Source: Candidatus Nomurabacteria bacterium
Lineage (GTDB): Bacteria; Patescibacteriota; Minisyncoccia; Phycocordibacterales; UBA9973
Direction of reading: 5' to 3'
Length of the DNA: 64,000 nucleotides
Assembly: GCA_016699085.1 (NCBI GenBank)
Contig: CP064958.1
Location: 475,181-539,180, forward strand
Part shown: positions 36,736 to 43,557 of the stretch, piece after piece
Layout of the letters: each line of letters starts with the position of its first letter
Numbering within the stretch: the first letter of the stretch is position 1
The notes under the pieces: generated by a model
Told to the model about the DNA's origin: nothing
Database searches by the model: none
What the model saw: the letters and a program-made list of their open reading frames with translations, nothing else
Made by a program: the position numbers and the translations under genes

Positions 36736-39057
36736 ATGGGCAATAAAAAACGACGCATTTCAATACCTTCTGCTGATTTCAAGAAAATCAAAGAGATCCG
36801 TAACCGTGAGCATGATGTTATACCATTTGATATAGCTAAAATCCAGGAAGCGCTCCTCAAAGCGTTTACAGTCACCGGTGAGGGAACTGCGTCTGATGCT
36901 GAGTATATTGCTAGACTTGTCTTCAAAGAACTTCTTGCTCTTCGAAAAGCTTCAAAAGATAAACATTTTGTCCCAACTGTTGAACTCATCCAAGACCTTG
37001 TTGAAGGAGAGCTTATCCGTGAGCAATTTGTTCATACTGCTAAAGCCTATATTCTCTACCGCAATAAACGTGCAGTTCTTCGTCGTGAAGTTGGTCCTGT
37101 CCCTGAGAAAGTAAAACAGCTAACCGAAGAATCTAAGAAATACTTTAGAAATCCGCTTGCCGAATTCGTCTATTATCGATCATATGCGAAGTGGATTGAG
37201 GCCGAAGGCCGTCGTGAGACTTGGATTGAGACCGTTGATCGCTATATGAATTTTATGCGCGAACACATAGGCACCAAGCTTAAAGAATCTGAATACAATG
37301 AAGTCCGAGAAGCAATTTTGAGCCATGATGCGATGCCATCAATGCGCCTCATGCAATTTGCTGATCATGCAGCGAGAAAGACTAATGTCTGCGCTTACAA
37401 CTGTTCATATATTGCGCCGACATGTTTCCAAGACTTTGGTGAAATTATTTATATATCTATGTGTGGCACTGGTGTTGGATTTTCTGTTGAAAGTAAAAAT
37501 ATTCAAGCGTTACCGCAAATCAAACCCCAATCTGGCAAAAAGCCAAGTAAGTATGTTGTTCCTGATAGTAAAGAAGGCTGGGCAGATGCATTTGTGCTTG
37601 GTATGAAGACGTGGTTTGGTGGGGAAGACGTTGAATTTGATTTCTCATTGCTTCGTGGTGCAGGTGCACGACTTCGCACGATGGGTGGCAAGAGTTCTGG
37701 TCCAAAGCCACTCCAAGACCTGTTGCAGTTTACTCGTGAACGTATTCTTCGTCGCCAAGGACGTCATCTGACGAACCTCGATGCTCACGATATTATTTGT
37801 AAGATTGGTGAGTGTGTCGTTGCTGGGGGCGTACGCCGAAGTGCGCTCATCTCGCTCTCTGATCTCGATGATGAAGCGATTCGTGATGCCAAGAAAGGCC
37901 AGTTCTATATCAATGAGCCACAACGCATGCTTGCGAACAATTCTGCCGTCTACGAATCAAAGCCTACAGCAGTCGAATTCATGGATGAATGGATTGCCCT
38001 TATGAAAAGTGGCTCTGGCGAGCGAGGATTGTTTAACCGCGGAGCATTACCAAAGCAGATACCTGAACGTCGCATTAAATTCTGGAAAAAGTCTGGCTAC
38101 ATCAATGCTGATGGACGTGTTGTTGGACTCGTGGGAACCAACCCATGTGGAGAAATTATTTTGAAATCAAAACAGTTTTGTAATCTATCAGAAGTTGTTT
38201 GCCGGGCGGAAGATACAGAAGAATCTCTCATGAGAAAAGTCCGTGTGGCAACAATTTTAGGTACCTACCAATCAACACTTACGTATTTCCCATACCTATC
38301 CAAAGAGTGGAAGAAAAATTGTGAAGATGAAAGACTCTTAGGGGTGTCACTCACAGGTCAATGGGATTCAAAATTTGCTCGTGATCCAAAAATACTTGAA
38401 AAGCTCAAAGCTGAAAGTGTGAAGATCAATAAATTATTTGCTAAACGTTTCGACGTCAATGAATCAACCTGCATTACCTGCGTGAAGCCTTCTGGTACGG
38501 TGTCCCAGGTCGTTGACTGCGCTTCAGGTATGCATCCACGTCATAGCCCATACTACATCCGCCGAGTTCGCATATCTGCAACCGATGCACTTTTCCAAAT
38601 GTTGAAAGACCAAGGTGTGCCATATTATCCAGAAGTGGGACAGAGTGTTGAAAATGCGACGACCTATGTTCTCGAATTCCCTGTAAAAGCTCCAGAAGGT
38701 GCAATTTGTAAAGACGATATCACCGCGCTCGATCAGCTCGCGCATTGGAAAGTTATCAAGGAGCACTTTACTGAGCACAATCCATCAGTGACGATCTCAG
38801 TCGGCGAAGACGAGTGGATCGCTGTTGCACATTGGCTCTATGGCAACTGGGATATGTTAGGAGGGCTTTCATTCTTGCCTCGCTCAAACCACGTTTACCA
38901 GCTCGCCCCTTATGAACCAATTAGCAAAGAGAAATACGAAGAACTTAAGCATACCGTTGAAAACATTGATTTCTCAAAAATTGTTACCTACGAACTCGAT
39001 GATGAGACTGAGGTGAAGAAAGAACTTGCTTGTGTCTCTGGGGTTTGTGAAGTGTAA
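36736..39057 (+). CDS. nrdJ: Class II (adenosylcobalamin-dependent) ribonucleotide reductase with an N-terminal ATP-cone
   Basis: ATP-cone in the first roughly 90 aa. Catalytic core collinear with NrdJ. C-terminal redox Cys pair CVSGVCEV. Confidence 0.9.
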   Translation: MGNKKRRISIPSADFKKIKEIRNREHDVIPFDIAKIQEALLKAFTVTGEGTASDAEYIARLVFKELLALRKASKDKHFVPTVELIQDLVEGELIREQFVHTAKAYILYRNKRAVLRREVGPVPEKVKQLTEESKKYFRNPLAEFVYYRSYAKWIEAEGRRETWIETVDRYMNFMREHIGTKLKESEYNEVREAILSHDAMPSMRLMQFADHAARKTNVCAYNCSYIAPTCFQDFGEIIYISMCGTGVGFSVESKNIQALPQIKPQSGKKPSKYVVPDSKEGWADAFVLGMKTWFGGEDVEFDFSLLRGAGARLRTMGGKSSGPKPLQDLLQFTRERILRRQGRHLTNLDAHDIICKIGECVVAGGVRRSALISLSDLDDEAIRDAKKGQFYINEPQRMLANNSAVYESKPTAVEFMDEWIALMKSGSGERGLFNRGALPKQIPERRIKFWKKSGYINADGRVVGLVGTNPCGEIILKSKQFCNLSEVVCRAEDTEESLMRKVRVATILGTYQSTLTYFPYLSKEWKKNCEDERLLGVSLTGQWDSKFARDPKILEKLKAESVKINKLFAKRFDVNESTCITCVKPSGTVSQVVDCASGMHPRHSPYYIRRVRISATDALFQMLKDQGVPYYPEVGQSVENATTYVLEFPVKAPEGAICKDDITALDQLAHWKVIKEHFTEHNPSVTISVGEDEWIAVAHWLYGNWDMLGGLSFLPRSNHVYQLAPYEPISKEKYEELKHTVENIDFSKIVTYELDDETEVKKELACVSGVCEV

Positions 39058-39134
39058 AGTAAGTAAATAGTAATTAGTAAACAGTAAATAGAAAAAACCG
39101 CTGCTCAGATTTGATCGGCGGTTTTTTAAATTTT

Positions 39135-39455
39135 CTACAATACCCAGGTACCGTTGCCAATTTTTTTTGTTTTCGCAATGTCGAGAATGATATCGTGATA
39201 TATTGTCTCTTCAGGGAAATATTCTTTGATGAAATTAAAAATCATTCTCCATGCATCACGATCCCCAGCTGCAACATCCTCAATAATTTTTTTTGTTTCC
39301 TCTATCCATTCTTCCTGTGCGTCTGGATTACCTCCTATTAGAAAGTTCTCAAGTGCGGTATGAAGGCGAACCTTGTTTATATCATTTGTTTCTGTCAGGT
39401 AGGCAATCCATGCATCGATGAATTCTTGCCACGACTTACTAAGTTTTTTCGCCAT
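39135..39455 (-). CDS. Hypothetical protein
   Basis: ORF with probable start MAKKLSKSWQEF. All-helical. No family recognised. Confidence 0.35.
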   Translation of the reverse strand: MAKKLSKSWQEFIDAWIAYLTETNDINKVRLHTALENFLIGGNPDAQEEWIEETKKIIEDVAAGDRDAWRMIFNFIKEYFPEETIYHDIILDIAKTKKIGNGTWVL

Positions 39456-39533
39456 ACATATTGAATTTTTACTCACTCTAATCTCAATTTGGATACTTGT
39501 CAAATAAAAAACCACCTCCAAATTAGAAGCGGT

Positions 39534-39791
39534 TTATAGTGAGTTTGCTTGAATACCTTTTTCCCTTAATTCGTTTAGTAATGCAGTCAAACCTGGCTTA
39601 TTCGTACCACCTAATTTTAGAAGGTCACTGAAGGATAAATCCAGAAACTCCTGTTTAGTTTTTACATGAGGAATCAAATTTCGGGCATAGTTATTTGCTC
39701 GAATTCCTAAGTTTAGACTATCAAGGAAAGTTGTAAAATCTTCTTGGCTGCTTTCTTGGTCGCTATGTATGTTCATTTTTTCTGTCATGGT
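39534..39791 (-). CDS. Hypothetical protein with a C-terminal helix-hairpin-helix-like segment
   Basis: LSFSDLLKLGGTNKPGLTALLNELREKGI. Probable start MTEKMNIH. Confidence 0.35.
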   Translation of the reverse strand, partial: TMTEKMNIHSDQESSQEDFTTFLDSLNLGIRANNYARNLIPHVKTKQEFLDLSFSDLLKLGGTNKPGLTALLNELREKGIQANSL

Positions 39792-39846
39792 TTTAGTATA
39801 GTATGAGCTTAATTGAAATACTATTGCAGGAGAGTTTTGACAAATG

Positions 39847-40092
39847 TTAAAGATAGACAGACCAAATGAAGAGAAAGGCAACATACATGAGAAACCAGAA
39901 TCCTACATGTATCGTTACTTTAATAACTTGTAAAAATCTATCATCATTTCTCGACAGGAATATCAACGTTACGATTCCAAAAATGAAGCATTTATTAGCA
40001 ATGAAATACATGAGACCGTAGATCAAAAGTTCTTGTGTAAGAGCCTCGGCCATAGCAGAAATAGTAAGGAATAAGTATGCAATTTTTGCCAT
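39847..40092 (-). CDS. Hypothetical small membrane protein
   Basis: 81 aa with two to three hydrophobic helices. Confidence 0.3.
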   Translation of the reverse strand: MAKIAYLFLTISAMAEALTQELLIYGLMYFIANKCFIFGIVTLIFLSRNDDRFLQVIKVTIHVGFWFLMYVAFLFIWSVYL

Positions 40093-40181
40093 TGGTAACT
40101 TTTCTGTTATTATCGTTTTTTAGTACATTTTGTCAAATAGAAAACCGTCACTTGGAAGTGAACGGCTTTGATTTTTTTTAT

Positions 40182-40532
40182 TTAACTATTATATAAGAGA
40201 AAGTCAGATAATTTAGAAGGAAAATATTGGTATCTAAGTCTCAAGGTGCCCTGTCTTTGTATGTTGGGTCTAAGGGATACGCCTTTGATGTCAAATAAAA
40301 ATCCATCATTTAGCGGATAATAATTCGTTTTCAATATCCCAGTTGCTCCCCTGTGAAATTCATCAACAACTGGTGCTAGAATAGTTATTTTTTGTCCAGC
40401 TTCTATTTCTACAGAGAAGTTTTCAGTAACATTACGATCACCCTCCTGTGAAATATCAATTATTATTATGTTGGCAATAATTGACTGTTTTAGTGTGATT
40501 TCTCTTCCGAAATACTTGTTATCTATCATGGT
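40182..40532 (-). CDS. Hypothetical protein
   Basis: ORF with probable start MIDNKYFG. Contains a DISQEG (DxSxxG-like) segment, but a PilZ assignment is not supportable. Confidence 0.3.
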   Translation of the reverse strand, partial: TMIDNKYFGREITLKQSIIANIIIIDISQEGDRNVTENFSVEIEAGQKITILAPVVDEFHRGATGILKTNYYPLNDGFLFDIKGVSLRPNIQRQGTLRLRYQYFPSKLSDFLLYNS

Positions 40533-40634
40533 TCGTGCTTTTATATAAAATATCATAATATATACGCTTGTCAAGTATTATAAAATCGTGTATACTGTTT
40601 CCGTTGTACTGGATAATCGCCACGTGAGATATAT

Positions 40635-40880
40635 ATGTATTATGTTTACATATTAAAAGGCCCCAAGCAGTTGTATATAGGATCAACCAATGATTTAAAG
40701 CGACGATTTACTGAGCATCAGAATAATGAATCGTTAGCTACAAGAAATCGAGGTCCTTGGACAATTGTGTATTACGAAGCTTCTCGATCTAAAACTGATG
40801 CTTTAATAAGAGAGAAGTATTTAAAAACTGCTTGGGGCCGAAGGTATGTTAAAGGTCGTTTAAAGAACGATAAAGTGTAG
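40635..40880 (+). CDS. GIY-YIG nuclease-domain protein (small, stand-alone)
   Basis: YYVYILKG...LYIGSTNDLKRRFTEHQ is the GIY-YIG signature with the Arg and Glu spacing. Confidence 0.75.
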   Translation: MYYVYILKGPKQLYIGSTNDLKRRFTEHQNNESLATRNRGPWTIVYYEASRSKTDALIREKYLKTAWGRRYVKGRLKNDKV

Positions 40881-41380
40881 TACCTATCTATCTCACGTGG
40901 AGGAAAGTCCGAACACAGCCCCGTGAGATAAGAGTATCTAAATAATTTCTATACTTTCTGAAGCATTAGATAAATAAAAATGGAAATAGTTTGGAGGTTG
41001 TTATCTCACGGGGAGCATAGTAGCGGGTAACGCCCGTCTGGAGTAATCCACGAGGTGCGAGCAGTGACGTCCAATCCGAAAGGAAAGGATATCCCGAGAG
41101 TAATCGAGGGATAAATCTTCGTATAAGTTTAGGGCTTGCCCTCTACGAAGTCGAAGGGTGAAACGGCTAAATCCTTACTTCTGTGCAAGGCCGTGCTATG
41201 GGTAGGTTACAGGTTGTAGGTTAGAGGGAATAGTAATTCGTGAAATGTATTTACTATAACCTATTCACTATCACCTATAACCTGCCCGTGGAGTGCCGCT
41301 TGAGATTGTTGGCAACAACAATCCTAGATAAATGATTATCGCCCCGCACTTGCGGGGTACAGAATTCGGCTTATAGGTAC
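40881..41380 (+). ncRNA. rnpB: RNase P RNA (bacterial type A) with expansion insertions, about 500 nt
   Basis: GGAGGAAAGTCCGAAC (P4 5' strand region), AAGGGTGAAACGGCT, ACAGAATTCGGCTTATAGGTA (P4 3' strand and P1 closing with TACCTAT at the 5' end). Starts at the base after the GIY-YIG stop codon. Confidence 0.85.
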
Positions 41381-41394
41381 AATACAAAATGAAA

Positions 41395-41420
41395 AAGCTT
41401 CCCGAAAGGGAAGTTTTTTC
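41395..41420 (+). terminator. Intrinsic terminator after rnpB
   Basis: cttccc gaaa gggaag followed by tttttt. Confidence 0.8.
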
Positions 41421-41501
41421 TGTTATACTTATACTATGTTTATCAACAATTCTCCCTGGCTCAAACAGCTCGCTCGAACTCGACCAGTTGCGAAAGGAAA
41501 A

Positions 41502-42806
41502 ATGACTGAACAAACTGATATTGCAATTATTGGAGGAGGAATTGCTGGAGTTACTACTGCTTACTTCACGCTGCTCTTTACAGATAAAAAGGTGACTCTT
41601 ATTGAAGCAGATAAAATTGCCCATGGGGCAACAGGGCATAATGCCGGCCAGGTAACTAGTTATTTCGAGGCGCCTTTCCAGGACTTTGTAAAAAAATACG
41701 GACTTGAATTAGCTGCTCATGCACAGCGTGCCATTGAGTTTGATGCTAGAATTTTGCTCAATGAGATTATCCGCGATGCACAATTACTTACACCAAAGTC
41801 AGAATTTGAAGGATATAACGGTCTCGAAACTAAAGAACAAATTCTCATCTCGCTCGAAGATCTTTTTCAAAGAGGTGAAGCAGTAATTGCAACTCGCGCT
41901 CTCTTGATTTCAAAAGAGTGGCACGAGCATATCCACTTACCAGAAAAATATAAACCGTACTACAGTATTGTCGATAAAGAAAATATACTCTCGTTACTTG
42001 AGACAATTGATGATCGTTATATTGCCTGTTTACCTTTTCTTTCAGGATGCATGAATAGTGCGCTTTTTACTGAAGAGTTGGTAGGTTTTCTCATGAGTAC
42101 ATACAAAGAACGTTTTACCTTACTTGAAGAAACTTTGGTAGAGGATTGCATACTCTCTCAAAACGAGGCGCGACTTAAAAGTGGAACCAATGAAATACAT
42201 GCTTCACGAGTAGTGCTATGTACTAATGGTTTTGAAAAAATTACGCTTAAAAATCAATCTGGTTCTGACATTGATACTAAATTTCATCATAGTGTCACTG
42301 GACTTATAGGTTACATGGCAGGATTCTTAGATGTTCCTGACCAGAAACCTGCTGCGAGTATTTATTCAAAGACTGATTCTGATACTGGGGAAGCATATTA
42401 TTATGCGACAAGACGTCCCTATGAGCATTTGGGTGGTAAGTATAATATTCTTTCGGTAGGCGGTCCTGAAGAAATGGTTGAAGATACACGAACCTATGAT
42501 CCAAAAATGCCATATCCAGAAAAGCATCTTGAGTTCATATTTAGTTTTATAAAAAAAACATTTAGTAGAACATACGAACGAAGTGCGTTTTATTTTGCAT
42601 GGCATGGCCTTATGGGATATACGCCCAACGGTGTACGACTTATTGGCAGTGAGCCATGTAACCCTATTTTAATGTACAACTTAGGTTGTAATGGTGTAGG
42701 AATACTCCCATCTATTTATGGGGGTCATAGAATTGCGCGGATTTTGCGTGGTGATACTATCGAACCATCTATTTTTGACCCCCAGGATCAACGATGTCCC
42801 ACCTAG
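41502..42806 (+). CDS. FAD-dependent oxidoreductase (DAO family)
   Basis: DIAIIGGGIAGVTTAYF dinucleotide-binding motif. About 435 aa. The start is placed at MTEQTD, clear of rnpB. Confidence 0.75.
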   Translation: MTEQTDIAIIGGGIAGVTTAYFTLLFTDKKVTLIEADKIAHGATGHNAGQVTSYFEAPFQDFVKKYGLELAAHAQRAIEFDARILLNEIIRDAQLLTPKSEFEGYNGLETKEQILISLEDLFQRGEAVIATRALLISKEWHEHIHLPEKYKPYYSIVDKENILSLLETIDDRYIACLPFLSGCMNSALFTEELVGFLMSTYKERFTLLEETLVEDCILSQNEARLKSGTNEIHASRVVLCTNGFEKITLKNQSGSDIDTKFHHSVTGLIGYMAGFLDVPDQKPAASIYSKTDSDTGEAYYYATRRPYEHLGGKYNILSVGGPEEMVEDTRTYDPKMPYPEKHLEFIFSFIKKTFSRTYERSAFYFAWHGLMGYTPNGVRLIGSEPCNPILMYNLGCNGVGILPSIYGGHRIARILRGDTIEPSIFDPQDQRCPT

Positions 42807-42915
42807 TTGACTTTTTTAACATAGTTTGCTATACTATCCCTGTGAGTGAATAGCTCCGTCTCAATTTTTAGAGACACAAGTGCATCACAAATCCGCCTTC
42901 GGGCGGATTTTGTGT
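42807..42915 (+). ncRNA. Candidate small RNA 1, comprising a consensus promoter, a roughly 75-nt transcript and an intrinsic terminator
   Basis: TTGACT at 42807..42812, 17-nt spacer, TATACT at 42830..42835. Internal hairpin gtctc/gagac. Terminator atccgcc-ttcg-ggcggat followed by a U-tract. No ORF. Confidence 0.4.
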
Positions 42916-42956
42916 TGCTAAACATGCATATTTTGTCATTTTACCTATGGCTAGTA

Positions 42957-43125
42957 TTTGCTATTACTTCAGAATACAGTATACTTTTTATGCAGTCGTT
43001 GTCTGTGTTTACAGCGAGCGGCTGCACTCACATATGCACTTGTGTTGGAGTTAGCACCCGCTCGCTCTAAGCACAGAAAATAAAACACCCCGCACGTGCG
43101 GGGTGTTTTATTTTCTGTTACGTAC
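42957..43125 (+). ncRNA. Candidate small RNA 2, comprising a promoter-like TTGCTA-16-TATACT, a roughly 135-nt structured transcript and a terminator
   Basis: Long imperfect hairpin acagcgagcgg...ccgctcgct. Terminator aaaacaccccgcacgtgcggggtgtttt. No ORF of plausible length. Confidence 0.35.
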
Positions 43126-43248
43126 AGATATTAATGTGCTACATTTTTTTTAAAATAAAGAAATTCTAAAAAAATAATTTTATTTTTTTAGATACATTTT
43201 ACTTTTTAAATTAAAACAATTATTTTTTTATTTTTATTTACAAAAAAG

Positions 43249-43257
43249 TTATCCACA
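43249..43257 (+). promoter_or_regulatory. Perfect DnaA box (TTATCCACA) within a more than 80 percent AT tract (43130..43345). A weaker TTATTTACA lies 6 nt upstream.
   Basis: Exact 9-mer. The surrounding 200 nt are extremely AT-rich. Confidence 0.35.
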
Positions 43258-43395
43258 TATTTGCATGAAAAAATATTGTCAGGAAATTTATTCTGTACGA
43301 TAATAGTAGTAGTAATGCATGGTTGATACAACAAATATTTTTTTGTTGTGGTCGCAATCATCGCAGAAAACTTTACAAGCTTAATTCCACAACTA

Positions 43396-43467
43396 TGGCA
43401 ACAAAAAAGAAAGCAAAGAAAGCAGCACCAAAGAAAAAGGCTGCAGCTAAAAAGAAGAAGAAATAGT
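43396..43467 (+). CDS. Micro-ORF encoding a 23-aa Lys/Ala-rich peptide (MATKKKAKKAAPKKKAAAKKKKK), followed by a terminator at 43488..43518
   Basis: ATG-initiated ORF ending in TAG. A hairpin cccct-atcc-agggg with a U-tract lies downstream. Confidence 0.25.
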
Positions 43468-43557
43468 TTTCTTCAAAGTTACAAAACAAAAATCCCCCTA
43501 TCCAGGGGTTTTTGTTTTGTAATGCTAAATTGCTACTTTTGTGCTATATTCTAAGCC

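Noticed and set aside
40182-40532. PilZ (c-di-GMP binding) assignment for the 116-aa protein
   Set aside because: Only a DxSxxG-like hexapeptide is present. The RxxxR motif and overall pattern are missing.
41271-41639. 122-aa minus-strand ORF
   Set aside because: Lies antisense over the 3' part of RNase P RNA and the start of the FAD oxidoreductase gene. Low-complexity Ser-rich translation. Spurious.
43130-43345. Calling this AT-rich DnaA-box region the chromosomal origin (oriC)
   Set aside because: There is only one perfect and one weak DnaA box, no dnaA/dnaN linkage, and no way to assess GC skew from a 64-kb window. It is kept only as a low-confidence regulatory or DUE-like observation.
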